From NCBI GenBank assembly GCA_963708075.1, contig OY970194.1:4384001-4448000 (forward strand): DNA of 64,000 nucleotides, written 5' to 3'. The number at the start of each line of letters is the position of its first letter. Within the stretch, counting starts at the first letter, position 1. The translations under genes and the position numbers were made by a program. This document shows positions 30,704-42,200 of the stretch, one piece after another. The notes under the pieces are model-generated. The model was not told the DNA's origin. It worked only from the letters and a program-made list of their open reading frames with translations, and ran no database searches. The stretch comes from Sedimentisphaerales bacterium. Its GTDB lineage: Bacteria; Planctomycetota; Phycisphaerae; Sedimentisphaerales; Anaerobacaceae.

Positions 30704-33700
30704 ATGAACAAGACGAGAGTGTTCCTGATGGCGTGTCTGGTCGGATTGGCCGCACAGGCGACGTTCGCCGTGCCATACACGGTGGATTCCCATACGCTTC
30801 ACCTGTATCACTTCGATGGCAACACCAATGACAGTGTGACCACCAACCCGATCCACCTCGTTCTGGATTCAGGGGCAACGACGATAGACGCGAAGCTCCC
30901 GGGGCTGGGGCAGGCGCTTTACACCTATGAAGGCACGGCCACGACAAACCAGAACCTGCCCTCCGCCATGGCGACCCCGGAGGTGGCCATCCGCAACTTC
31001 GTCGGCTCGGACGGGGCGTTCACGTTCGAGGCCCTTGTCTGCCCCGCGTTCGGCCTGGGGGCGATGCCCAACAACATGCAGATCATCTCCGGCGAGCACA
31101 ATTCGAGCCGCGGGTGGCAGTTCCGGGTGGAATCCGCGGGCAACCTGACTTTCATCAAACTGACGGGAACCGTTCAGACGATCGCGACCCCCCTTCCGAA
31201 GGACGGAGCTCATGCCTTCGTCGCAAACAAATGGTTCCACGTCGCGGTCACCTACAATGGCCAGGCAGATACGGACGGGAACATGAAATTCTACTGGACC
31301 GCGATGGATTCGAAGGTACCTGCACCCGTCCTGCTGGGCTCATTTCGAATGACCACCGACCTGGACCCGGCGGTCGCTCCCTTCTTCGTGGTTGGCAACG
31401 AGGGACGCGACAGTAACGGCAGAACAGAGAACTGGGAGGGCTGGATCGACGAGGTGCGCATCAGCGACATTGCCCGCAACATAGATGATATGTCCCCGTT
31501 CGTCGATACAGGCGCCGCCGCCGCCCCCGCCCCGGCCAATGGCGCCACCGACGTGCCTCGCAACGTGGTGCTGAGCTGGACACCCGGCGAGTCGGCCGTC
31601 ACCAGCGACGTGTATTTCGGCGCGTCAGCCGACGACGTCGCCGGCGCCAGCGTGAGCAATCCGCTGGGCGTGCTGGTCAGCCAGGGCCAGGATGCGAATA
31701 CCTGTGATGCCGGGCGGCTTGAATTCGGACAAAACTACTACTGGCGCATCGACGGCGTCGGTGCAGCCCCCGACTTGGCGACCTCCAAAGGGAAAGTGTG
31801 GAGCTTCACGGTCGAGCCGTATTCCTATCCGATCACCAAGATAACGGCCACCGCTTCCAGCTCGAGCAAAAATGCCGGGCCGGAGAAGACCGTCGATGGC
31901 TCAGGTCTCAATGCGAACGGCCAACACTCGGTCATGATGACAGACATGTGGCTCAGCGCCAACGAACCCACCCAGACGGCTTGGATTCAGTACGCCTTCG
32001 ACAAGGCCCGCAAGCTCGACAAGATGCTCGTCTGGAACTCCAATCTGATAATGGAATCGAGCGCGGGCGTGGGCGCCAAGGACGTCACGGCGGAATACTC
32101 CATGGATGCCACTACGTGGACAGCTCTGGGTGATTTCGAATTCGCCCAGGCCCCGGGCGAGAGCACCTATGCCGCCGGCATGAGCATAGATTTTCGCGGC
32201 GTGGCGGCCAAATATGTGAAGCTGACGATCAAGAGCAACTGGGGCGGTTTGATGAAACAGTACGGCTTGAGCGAGGTTCGCTTTTACGCGATCCCGGTCG
32301 CAGCCACAGAGCCCAGCCCCGCTGCTGGGGCAACCGCTGTCCCTCCGCAAGTGACGCTGAGCTGGCGGGCCGGTCGCGAGGCCGCTTCCCACAAGGTATA
32401 CCTCAGCGACGATCAGCAGGCCGTGATCGATGGCACCGCCCAGGCGGCCACGGTTACTGAGCCCAGGTATGATGCAGCGGTGAATCTGGGAAAGACCTGC
32501 TACTGGAAAGTGGTCGAGGTCAACAATGCCGAGCCGCTGGGCACATGGGAAAGCGACATCTGGAGCTTCTCCGCCGCGGAGTCCATCGTCATTGACGACT
32601 TCGAGAGCTACACGAATGATTCCCCCAAGCGAGTCTTCCAAACCTGGATCGACGGCATCGGCTTCTCCGAGGATGAGTTCTTCCCGAACGGCAACACCGG
32701 CAACGGCTCTGGGGCCCTGGTCGGCTACGACCCTGCCGCAGGCAATATCATGGAGACCGCCCTGATTCACAGCGGCAGGCAGTCCATGCCTCTGTACTAC
32801 GACAACTCCGGCGGCACGCACTACGCCGAGACCCAGCGTACATTCGCGACATCGCAGGACTGGAGCAAGTACGGCATCACAACGCTGGTGCTGTACTTCC
32901 ACGGCGATCCGAACAACGCCGCCGCCCCGCTCTATATCAAGATCAACGGCACGAAGGTGCTCTACAACAATGGCGCCGCCGGCACAGCTTTTTCCGTCTG
33001 GAAGCAGTGGAATATCGACCTTTCCGGCGTGGCCGGCGTGAACCTCAAGAGCGTGAAGACTCTTGCGATGGGTGTGGGTGACGGGTCTGGTGGTGGGGCC
33101 GGGACCCTCTACATCGATGATATCCTGCTGTATGCAGCAGCCCCGCAAGTGGTGACTCCGGTCGATCCGGGCGCCAACAGCCTGGCGGCGCTGTACGCGA
33201 TGGAAGACAACGTGCAGGACACCTCCGGCAAGGGCAACAACGGCACAGCTTCCGGCGACCCGGTGTACGTGCAGGGGCCGGCCGGCTATGGCAAGGCGCT
33301 GAGCTTTGACGGATTGAACGATTACGTCGATTTGCCCATTGGCACGCTTGTGGGCACCCTGAGCGACATCACGATTGCGACACAGGTGAAATTCGGCAAT
33401 ACCGGCGGCTCCTGGCAGCGGATCTTTGACTTTGGCACGGGCACGACGAACTATATGTTCCTGACGCCTCGCACGGGCACAACCGGTCCCGTGCGATTCG
33501 CCATGCGGACCGCGGCCGTCAGCACCGAACAGTTCGCCATGAATGCGGCCACCCTGCCTTCGGGCTGGCACCATGTGGCTGTTGCGATCGATAGTGCGAG
33601 CATGCAGATACGGCTGTACGTGGATGGCTCTCCGGCGGCCACCGGCACAACTGCGCTGCTGCCCAGGGATTTGGGCAATACCAACCAGAACTGGCTGGGC

Positions 33701-33811
33701 CGCTCCCAGTGGACGGCGGATGCGTTTTTTACCGGCGCGCTGGACGACTTCCGGATTTACAGCCGTGCGTTGTCGGAATCCGAGGTGCGTTACCTCGCCG
33801 GAGATCGGTGA
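30704..33811 (+). CDS. Secreted modular protein, paralog C (N- and C-terminal LamG-like domains)
   Basis: GGAGG RBS; LYHFDG..WFHVAVTY..IDEVRISD LamG; shared core; C-terminal WQRIFDFG..WHHVAV..LDDFRIYSRALS LamG. Confidence 0.85.
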   Translation: MNKTRVFLMACLVGLAAQATFAVPYTVDSHTLHLYHFDGNTNDSVTTNPIHLVLDSGATTIDAKLPGLGQALYTYEGTATTNQNLPSAMATPEVAIRNFVGSDGAFTFEALVCPAFGLGAMPNNMQIISGEHNSSRGWQFRVESAGNLTFIKLTGTVQTIATPLPKDGAHAFVANKWFHVAVTYNGQADTDGNMKFYWTAMDSKVPAPVLLGSFRMTTDLDPAVAPFFVVGNEGRDSNGRTENWEGWIDEVRISDIARNIDDMSPFVDTGAAAAPAPANGATDVPRNVVLSWTPGESAVTSDVYFGASADDVAGASVSNPLGVLVSQGQDANTCDAGRLEFGQNYYWRIDGVGAAPDLATSKGKVWSFTVEPYSYPITKITATASSSSKNAGPEKTVDGSGLNANGQHSVMMTDMWLSANEPTQTAWIQYAFDKARKLDKMLVWNSNLIMESSAGVGAKDVTAEYSMDATTWTALGDFEFAQAPGESTYAAGMSIDFRGVAAKYVKLTIKSNWGGLMKQYGLSEVRFYAIPVAATEPSPAAGATAVPPQVTLSWRAGREAASHKVYLSDDQQAVIDGTAQAATVTEPRYDAAVNLGKTCYWKVVEVNNAEPLGTWESDIWSFSAAESIVIDDFESYTNDSPKRVFQTWIDGIGFSEDEFFPNGNTGNGSGALVGYDPAAGNIMETALIHSGRQSMPLYYDNSGGTHYAETQRTFATSQDWSKYGITTLVLYFHGDPNNAAAPLYIKINGTKVLYNNGAAGTAFSVWKQWNIDLSGVAGVNLKSVKTLAMGVGDGSGGGAGTLYIDDILLYAAAPQVVTPVDPGANSLAALYAMEDNVQDTSGKGNNGTASGDPVYVQGPAGYGKALSFDGLNDYVDLPIGTLVGTLSDITIATQVKFGNTGGSWQRIFDFGTGTTNYMFLTPRTGTTGPVRFAMRTAAVSTEQFAMNAATLPSGWHHVAVAIDSASMQIRLYVDGSPAATGTTALLPRDLGNTNQNWLGRSQWTADAFFTGALDDFRIYSRALSESEVRYLAGDR

Positions 33812-33813
33812 TT

Positions 33814-33891
33814 CGATTGCGGATTTGGGATTTCGGATTGCGGATTAAGGCTGCGAGTCGAATCCGCAATCCGCAATCATCAATCCGCAAT
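33814..33891. repeat. Inverted heptamer tandem repeat (GGATTGC)n/(AATCCGC)n hairpin between convergent genes
   Basis: Five GGATTNN-type units at 33814-33848 and four AATCCGC-type units at 33861-33888. Confidence 0.85.
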
Positions 33892-33895
33892 GGGT

Positions 33896-35164
33896 CTAGC
33901 GGGCTACCATTTCCACGGGAGCCAGGATGGTCTGCGGTGATGTCCCGGGGCCTGCGGTCAGTCCGCACACGCGTGACACCTCCTCGACCGAGGTGACTCC
34001 GGCGGCGACCTTTTTCAGGCCATCATGGACCATGGACTGCACGCCTCTCCGGCGCAGGCAATCCAGGAGTTCGCGGTGATGCGTGCCCGAGCTGATGAAC
34101 GTCCCGATTTCATCATCTATGGGCACCACTTCGAAGATGCCCGTGCGTCCTTTGTAGCCGTACGAGCTGCACTCTGTGCAGCCGTCCGCCTGCAGGAGGC
34201 TCTCGGGAGGTTCCATCTTGAATCGTGCGAACAGCTCCCGGTCCTCCGCGCTCAAATCTCTGGGCCGGGCACAGCAGCCGCAAGTCCGTCGGGCCAGACT
34301 CTGCGCGATGACCAGCCGCAGTGAGCTTCCGATGATGTGGTGCGGCACGCCAAGGTAGTGCAAGGCATCGACCGCGCCGGCCGCATCCTGGGCGTGGATG
34401 GTCGCCAGGACCAGCCTGCCGGACAGCGCCGCACGCGACGCCACGATCGCCGAGTCCTGGTCCCGGATCTCGCCGACCAGGATCAGGTCCGGGTCCATCC
34501 GCAAGATGGTCCGCAGGCCCTCGTGCATGGTGAGGCCGTGCTGCTCATCGACCTCGATCTGCTGAGCATACGGCAGCCGGAACTCGACAGGGTCCTCGAT
34601 GGAATAGGTCGTCATGGCCCGCAGGTCCAACTGCGAGGCCAGGGAGTACATGGTGGTGGTCTTGCCCGAGCCGGTGGCCCCGGTGATCAGGACCAGGCCG
34701 CTGAGAGCACGCATGCTCGCGGAGACCCGCTCCTGGTCCTCCATGGAGACTCCCAGGCCGGACATGTCCCACTCGTCCCGGGGCACGTTCAGGAATCTCA
34801 GGTGCGCCGATTCGCGACCCCGCACGGGCGTAAGCGTGACACGGATTTCCCACTTCACATCTTCATCCGGCCAGACAAGCTGGCCTTCCAGAGGCGCGAA
34901 ACACCGCGTGACGGTCAGGCCTGACGCGCTCTTCAACTGGTTCAGCAGCCGTCGTCCTTCGGCCGGCGACAGCAGGAGCCTGGGTTGGATGGTCCCATCG
35001 ACGCGATGCAGGACCCGGACACCCTCCTCCACGCAATGTACGTGCACGTCCGTGGCCCGCTCCATGATCGCGTTCCAGATGAGCGTGTTGAGGAGGTCTG
35101 GGTAAGGGGTGATTGTCGCGTCGCTGCTATCCTGTCCATGGCTGTCTTGAGCAGCTTTGGGCAT
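33896..35164 (-). CDS. GspE/PulE/PilB-family secretion/pilus ATPase
   Basis: ATDVH, Walker A GATGSGKTT, IEDPVE, LRMDPDLILVGEIRD, ATIHA, tetracysteine C..C..GCTEC.SYGYKGR. Confidence 0.9.
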   Translation of the reverse strand: MPKAAQDSHGQDSSDATITPYPDLLNTLIWNAIMERATDVHVHCVEEGVRVLHRVDGTIQPRLLLSPAEGRRLLNQLKSASGLTVTRCFAPLEGQLVWPDEDVKWEIRVTLTPVRGRESAHLRFLNVPRDEWDMSGLGVSMEDQERVSASMRALSGLVLITGATGSGKTTTMYSLASQLDLRAMTTYSIEDPVEFRLPYAQQIEVDEQHGLTMHEGLRTILRMDPDLILVGEIRDQDSAIVASRAALSGRLVLATIHAQDAAGAVDALHYLGVPHHIIGSSLRLVIAQSLARRTCGCCARPRDLSAEDRELFARFKMEPPESLLQADGCTECSSYGYKGRTGIFEVVPIDDEIGTFISSGTHHRELLDCLRRRGVQSMVHDGLKKVAAGVTSVEEVSRVCGLTAGPGTSPQTILAPVEMVAR

Positions 35165-35349
35165 AACTGTACTCCTGCAGTTGGGCCCGGGTCGCCAACG
35201 ATCCCTCGGCCGATAATCTTGGGGCCGGAACTACACAGGGTATCCGTCCCTCAGGCCGTATCTCGGCACGAGAACGTCCCATCTTGACCCGTGTTTTCCC
35301 CCAATTCTTCTAATCGGCCCTGGCATACCGGCAAAGGCTGTTTGAGAGC

Positions 35350-35365
35350 TTGGCATATCGTCTGC
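35350..35365 (+). promoter_or_regulatory. Possible sigma54 -24/-12 site
   Basis: TTGGCATATCGTCTGC has GG-N10-GC spacing, ~230 nt upstream of the GH51 gene. Confidence 0.25.
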
Positions 35366-35506
35366 GGAGAAGGAACGTCCCATAGTCAGGGGGTGACTCG
35401 GATGATTGTTCGCAAAATGGCGGATGCCTTGCGGAAAGTGGTGTTCATCTGCCATCGCCAGCCGGTATGATACGCGGGAATGCCCTGTCCATGGGTCAGT
35501 CAACAT

Positions 35507-35580
35507 GTAGGGTGGGTCCTTGACCCACGCGTCAAGAACGTTTCGCTTGGGTAACCGCGTGGGTCAAGGACCCACCCTAC
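35507..35580. repeat. GTAG-type REP doublet (REPIN-like)
   Basis: Perfect 25-bp inverted arms GTAGGGTGGGTCCTTGACCCACGCG with a 24-nt spacer. Confidence 0.9.
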
Positions 35581-35597
35581 GAGATCAGGAGAATACC

Positions 35598-37667
35598 ATG
35601 AAAGCAGTCTGCCACCGTGGTTCTCGTTGTCGCACTCATCACCGCAGTGTGCTCCATCGGCCTCAGTGCTGAAAACACGGTCCACTTGGTCGTCCGGGCC
35701 GATCAGCCGGCGCGCGGATCAGTCCCACCATGTATGGCATCTTCTTCGAGGACATCAACTTCGGGGCCGACGGCGGTTTGTACGCCGAGCTGGTCAAGAA
35801 CCGCTCGTTCGAGTTCCCCGAGCCCTTGATGGGCTGGCGCGAGGACGCCGCGGGCACAGCCGTCGGCTCCCTCCGGGTCCTGGACAAAGAGCCGCTCAAC
35901 CCTGCAAATCGACATTATCTGCGCATCAGCACAACGGATGCAGAGAGTGGTTACGGCATCGCGAACGATGGCTTCGCAGGAATTGGCGTTCGCAAGGGCG
36001 AGGAGTATTCGTTTTCCGTGTTGGCCCGTGGCGACAAGAACGCGGTCCTGCGTGTCGAGTTGGTGACGAAAGATACGATGCGCGTTCTGGCCAAGGCGAA
36101 GATCAGCGGATTCCGCACCGGCTGGACGAGGAAATCGGCGACGCTGCGTCCCAGGGCCACCGATGCCCACGCCCGGCTGCGAGTGCTCCTGCAAACATGG
36201 AATACGGCGGTGGACCTCGACATGGTGTCGCTGTTCCCGAAGAAGACCTGGAAGGATCGGCCGAATGGTTTGCGGGCCGACGTGGTGCAGTGGCTGGCGG
36301 ATATGAAGCCCGGGTTCCTGCGGTTCCCCGGCGGGTGCATTGTCGAGGGGCGATACCTGAGCACACGGTACCAGTGGAAGAACACGATCGGCAAACCGGA
36401 GGAGCGACGGCTGATCATCAACCGCTGGAACGACGAATTCAAGCACCGCCCCGCGCCCGATTACTTCCAGACGTTCGGGCTCGGCTTTTATGAGTACTTC
36501 CTGCTGTGCGAGGACATCGGGGCCGAGCCGCTGCCGATCCTCAACTGCGGCATGGCGTGCCAGTTCAATTCCAAGGAACTCGTGCCGCTCGATCAGCTCG
36601 ACCCGTACATCCGGGACGCCCTGGACCTGATCGAGTTCGCCAATGGCCCCGCGACGAGTACCTGGGGCGCCAAGCGGGCCGCGATGGGCCATCCCAAGCC
36701 CTTCAATATGAAGATGCTGGGCGTCGGCAACGAGCAGTGGGGACCGCAGTACATCGAACGGTATGTCCCCTTTGTCAAGGCCATCAAGGACAGGTATCCG
36801 GACATTCAACTGATCGGCGCGACCGGGTCCGATCCTGAGATCTTTCCCAACGGTCCCAAAGAAGTGGAATTCCTGTGGGATCAGATGCGCAAACTCAATG
36901 CCGAGATTGTCGATGAGCATTTCTACCGCAGCCCGGACTGGTTCCTGGACAGCGCCGGTCTCTACGACAAGTTCGAGCGCACAGGTCCGAAGGTGTTCGT
37001 GGGCGAGTATGGAGCCCAGAGCGTCGGCGTCGCCAGTCCGGACAACCGCAACAATTGGAAATGCGCCCTGGCCGAGGCGGCGTTCATGACCGGCCTGGAG
37101 CGCAACGCGGACGTGGTCGTGATGAGCTGTTACGCCCCGCTGTTCGGCCACGAGGACCGCTGGCAGTGGCGGCCGGACCTGATCTGGTTCGACAATCTCA
37201 CCTCCTACGGCACCGCCAACTACTACGTCCAGCAGTTGTTCAGCCGCAATCGCGGCGACGTGGTCCTGCCGGTCGAGGTTCGTAGTATGCCCGAGACTGT
37301 AGGGGCGGGTTTCAAACCCTCGAAAGAAACGCCTGGCGGCGTCACTACAAGCGCGTCGAGCAAGCAGCCGGGCCTGTACGTAGCCGCCAGCCGGGACGAG
37401 AACGCCGGCGAGGTCATTCTGAAAGTGGTCAATAGCGCAGAAAAGCCCATGGCTGCCGACGTGCAGATCAAGGGTGCCGGACGCGTGGCATCGCAGGGCA
37501 CGATGATCCTTCTGGCCGGCGGGAAACTCACGGACGAGAACTCCATCACCGAGCCGAGGAAGATCGCGCCCGTGACATCATCGTTGAAAGGCCTGGGCGG
37601 CGAATTCAAACACACGTTCCCGCCCTACTCGTTCACCGTGCTGCGTCTGAAGACCAGGAGCCCCTGA
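35598..37667 (+). CDS. GH51 alpha-L-arabinofuranosidase (5' frameshifts ~35603 and ~35710)
   Basis: AGGAG RBS; signal peptide recovered across frames; MYGIFFEDINFGADGGLYAE, RFPGGC, GNEQWG, VDEHFY, FVGEYGA, YAPLF, PDLIWFD. Confidence 0.9.
37278..37352. repeat. REP-derived segment in frame inside the GH51 CDS
   Basis: GTTCGTAGTATGCCC...GGCGTCACTACAAGC arms resembling the element at 56601-56743, enclosing GTAGGGGCGGGTTTCAAACCC. Confidence 0.6.
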
Positions 37668-37694
37668 CAGAATAAGCCTCACTATGATGAGAGA

Positions 37695-37725
37695 GGCATG
37701 CTTACGCTTGCGTAAGCATGGCACC
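37695..37725. repeat. REP-like palindrome GGCATGCTTACGCTTGCGTAAGCATGGCACC(C), interrupted by the IS
   Basis: Near-identical to the intact copy at 43897-43928. Confidence 0.85.
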
Positions 37726-39210
37726 CAACGCCGTGAACTTAAGCGGCCTTGGTCTTTTCGTAAATCCTTTTGGCACAGCGTTTTTCCTTCTCATTGGCGG
37801 GGCGGATTCTCGGTAGGCCCGCGGGAGGATCGTTCTTCTTGTGCGGCCAATGCCGAGCCTGTTTCGGTCCGCTTCGGACGTAGGCGTCTTTGACTGCCTT
37901 TTGCAGTTGAGCCCGAAGACCGGCTCTTCGAGCAGACCGCCCGAGAGGATGCATGATGCGCCGGACCACCCGCAGCGATTCGCATACGCTCCAGCATAGC
38001 GGATCCCGCTTGGCCCCGATCAATGCCTCCACGCTCCACAGACCGACTACCAGATACGCCAGCATCGCCCAGTCCAGTTCCCGCCGGGCCTCCTGCGGAC
38101 AGCCGCTTCGCATCTTGTGCTGCTCCAGCGTCCGTTTGAACGAGCGATAGAAGACCTCGTGGCCCCACCGCATCCGATAGAACTGACCGATCTGCCGATC
38201 CGTCAGGGCCTGCTCCTCCATCACGCTGGTCACCAGGTACACCGGTGAATGATGCGCCTGCTCGATCCGGATCAGCCGCAGTTGCAACGGCGGACACTTC
38301 GATTGTTTTCGCGTCGGCCACAGCCACACCAACTCGCCCTTGATCTTGACGTGCACATCCGTCAGACCCGTCAGCAGCGTACGGTTCGAACCCATCCGCA
38401 CCAGAACCTGCACTCCACGATCTACCAGCGATCGCAGAAGATCAAAACCCGTAAAGCCGGCGTCCGCCACCAGCAAAGACCTGCTCGGCAGCAATCCCGC
38501 CATCGAGTGCAGGTGCGTCTGCTCCGACTGAATCCCCGCTCCGATCCGCCACGCCCACGGCAGTCCTGTGCCCAGGTGGTACAGACTGGTCAACGACAAC
38601 TGCGGCCCCGTCTTCTTGCGACCTGCACAACCGAAGCTCTTTTGGTTCCTGGCGGTCCGGGGGACTTCGATCCGTGTGCCATCGGCCGAAAAGGCCAACC
38701 AGCCGTCCCGCCGCCAGAACGCACCGGCGATGCGACGATGGTGACGCCGAAGGTGGTGTTTGATGGCTTGGCGTTGTTTGCCATTGATCCTGCGGCGGGC
38801 CTTGATGTATCCCTGGTAGGTCCCGCCGGGACGTTTGCGGCCTCGATACATCTCGATCAGCCCCTGGCGGGCGTGAGTGAACCGATCCTTCAGTGTCCGC
38901 GACGGCTCCAACGCCATCAGCACAGACAGGTAGATCACATACTCCAGCGTCCATCGGCCCACACGACAACCGCTCGTGGACCCCAGAGCCGCCAGAGCCG
39001 AAAAAAGGGGGCCATGAAAATCTGACTCATGGCCGAACGCAACGGCTGCCGATGAAAATGCGTAGAGCCTCTGCTCTCGATCTTTCGAGTGTTCATTGGA
39101 CACCTCCTTGCTTTGTTGTCCGGACAAATACAACATCGGCAAGGAGGCTCTATTCTCTTGCGTTTCCTTCACTTGCGTCTTCTATAATCCCTGAAGAGTT
39201 CACGGCGTTG
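37726..39210 (-). mobile_element. IS4-family insertion sequence, 1485 bp, 14-bp TIR, 9-bp TSD
   Basis: TIR CAACGCCGTGAACT (37726-37739) / AGTTCACGGCGTTG (39197-39210); direct repeat CATGGCACC at 37717-37725 and 39211-39219. Confidence 0.92.
37739..39096 (-). CDS. IS4-family DDE transposase (probable -1 frameshift near 39005)
   Basis: ADGT, ADAGF and the YRMRWGHEVFYRSFK (Y-2-R-3-E-6-K) IS4 signature. The AAGGAGG-ATG start at 39096 is in a different frame from the main ORF. Confidence 0.85.
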
Positions 39211-39230
39211 CATGGCACCCCGCTTATCAT

Positions 39231-42200
39231 CTATGGTTTGGCGGATGTGCCGCCGATGGTGGCGTCGAGCGTGAGGCCGAACACGATGTCGCTGCTGGTT
39301 GAGCTATTCTGATGCACCTCTACGGCAATCACGTTGTCGCCCTGGCGAAGAGCATCCGCTGGAATTTCAAATGGTCCCTCCAGGACCGCGTCTCCGACAC
39401 CTCGACTGGCCCGTGTGTCATATTTGGCCGCGCCGGCGGGCATGCCCAGGCGATAGACCTCCTGGCCGTTGAGGTAAACGATGGCACCGTCGTCGATCAG
39501 CAGAGTCACAGCAAGCGACGTGACTTTCGATGGCGCAGCGTCCAGGGGGAAATGCGTCCGGAAGTAGTACGTGGCAGGACCAAGCGTGAGCTTTGTATTC
39601 TTGGGACCCGGCAGGGTCGCACTCTCGACGTAGAGCACGCCGGGGCCCGTCGGCCACGCGGAATCGTCAAAGGCCGGCTGGCACCAGGAGGCATCCAGAA
39701 CCGTGCCGCTCTGCTCGTACGACCAAACGCTGTCCATGGCGATCAGGGTCTTGTCCACGGGAGCAGTGAAAGGATTCGGGGCTCCCGGTGTCGGCAATGC
39801 AAAGGACTCGATGGTGTCCGATGCATCGGGCGACCTGCCCTGCGACACGCCGACAGCTTGCGGGCCGTACACGATCTTGTCGATCTCGCGAGACTCCGCA
39901 TCGAGCAGGATGATGGTCCCGCCGTCCATCGGAAGCGGCGCAGCCTTCTGCCCCACAAGGCCTGGGTCGTCAGGCGTGGATACCGGGAAGCTACGATCTG
40001 CAAAGAAAGTCAAAGGTGCGAAGCCTCCTCCTTGCGATGTGGCAGGATCGTCTGTCAAAGAACAGCCGCCCAAGTCCACGGGCGAGGACTGCGGATTGAA
40101 CAATTCGACGAAGCCATCGGTAAACGGAGCGTCGCCTTTGGCCAGCCACTCGTTGATTCTCACGGCCGCCGGATCGCCGACCGGATGCGCGACATTTTCC
40201 TTTCCGAGCGTGGGCGTCGTCAGGTGCCATTCGCTCGTAGTACCGACTCGGCCTATAGACAAGTCGGGCAACTGCAAGCCGTACTCGACGGAATCGATGA
40301 GCAAGCCCGAGCGGTCGTACAGGAGAACGGTCCCGCCGCTCTCGTCCAGCTCAAAGCCCAGATGGTTCGCGTCGGCGTAGAGCACTAGATGGTGGCCGGA
40401 TTCTATGGCTGCACCCTGCGGGAAGACGAATTTGGCAGGTTCGCCTGCATCGTTCGTCAAGCTCATGCCGGCCAGGTCCAGCGGCGCGGGCCCGTCATAG
40501 TGCAACTCAATCAGATCAGGATGCGTGCCCTCGCGCTCCACGGCGGACACGTTCCACGCGAGCAGCTCATCGATGACCAGTCGGCTGTAGGAAGTATCCA
40601 CTTGCCACGGCCGGGAGGCGTTGGGGATGGTCTGCCAGACAGCGGCGGAGTTTTTGCCGAGGACGTAGACCTGGTAGGCCCCGCCATCAAGCAAGTCCGC
40701 CAGCTCGATGGGTGTACCCACAGGCCGCTCTTCACTCCATGGGCCGTTCGGATCGTTCAGGCTGTACCTGTAATGCGTGATCCCGGCGCCGGACACGGTG
40801 AGCGTCGCGGCGGTCCGCCAGGTGATCTCGCCGGGCTCGCCGAAGATTGAGGCGCCGGCAGAGACATAAGCTCCCATATCCAGGCCGTTGGCCCCCGTGC
40901 CGATGGCGGGCGACATGGGCTTGAGATGGAAATCCGTCGGCGGGGCAACGAACAGTGGATCGGCGTCCATGTTCCCCACGCCATAACTCTGCCACGCGGC
41001 GGCAACGATCGAGTGGTGGACCTCCATCTGGGTCGTGCCGTACTTCGGGTCATTGGTGTAGAAGTCGGCGAAGAGGGTCGGGGCGTTGCGGAAGATGCAG
41101 GAGTCCACGTAGACGCCTTTGCCTGGCGTGCCCCCCAGCTCAGGAATCCCGAAGAAGAATGTCGAATCCGTCATATCCATGACCGTGTTGTTGACGAAGG
41201 TCATGAACGAGCCATCCTTGACTTGGGCGACGTGCCCGCAGTTGTAGAAGACGTTGCGGACGACGACGTAGTATCTGCCCCTGCCGGCGGAGATCACGTT
41301 GGATTCGCGGGCCGCCGTGTTGTAGCGGTCCTTGCGGAAGTTCGTGAACGTGTTGCCCTCGACATGGGCATCACCCTCGAGATCGAGAGCATCGTCGCCG
41401 CCGCCCAGGAACAGGTTATTGAGGATTTGCAGCGGCGGTTTCGGCCGGGCAGGCCCGTCCACATCGACGGCGTCGTTGTGACCCTTGTTCTTGCCGAAGA
41501 CGCAGTTCTCAACGATGAGTTGCCCGTCGTTCACGACAGCACCCCAAATGTGCTCGCTCATGTTGTCCGTGGTGGGCGCCTGCTCGGGACCGAAGATGTC
41601 GGTGAAGGTGCAACTGCGCACGGTCAGCCACGAATCAGAGACACGAATGCGGCGAAGGTCCGTGTGATCGAACGTGACCTGTTCAAGAAGGAGGCGCGAT
41701 TTCTCGACGCCGATCATGCCGTCGTTGGTGCGCCCGTACTCGATCAGGGCGTAAGCAATGCGGTTTTCGGCGGTGGAGCCATTGAATTGCAGCCCGCCCC
41801 AGGTGCCCTGGCTGCCCGGCGTGCGTGTGAATCGGATCAGGGCATTCTCGCTGCCCTCGGCGACAAGACGGCCTCGAATGACCATCCGTGCACTCGGCTC
41901 GAAGTACACCAACGTGCCCGGCTGGATCGTCAGCGAGAGGCCCGCCGGGACCGTGAACTCGCCTGTGATGAGATATGGACTGCCGCGGACCGTCCAGATC
42001 GTATCTTGCGTCAACGCGCCCTGGACCGGCGTCGGCACATCCGCCTCGAAATAGCCCAGGTCGCCGCCGTCGCCGGCTTTGCCGACGCACGGCGAGTTAG
42101 ACTGGAGACGGTAATCGTGGTTCTGCACATCGACAAAGAGCGGGTCGGCGCGAAGATTGCCTCTTCCCGGCCAAGCTTCGCTGGTGACATCCGAATAGTC

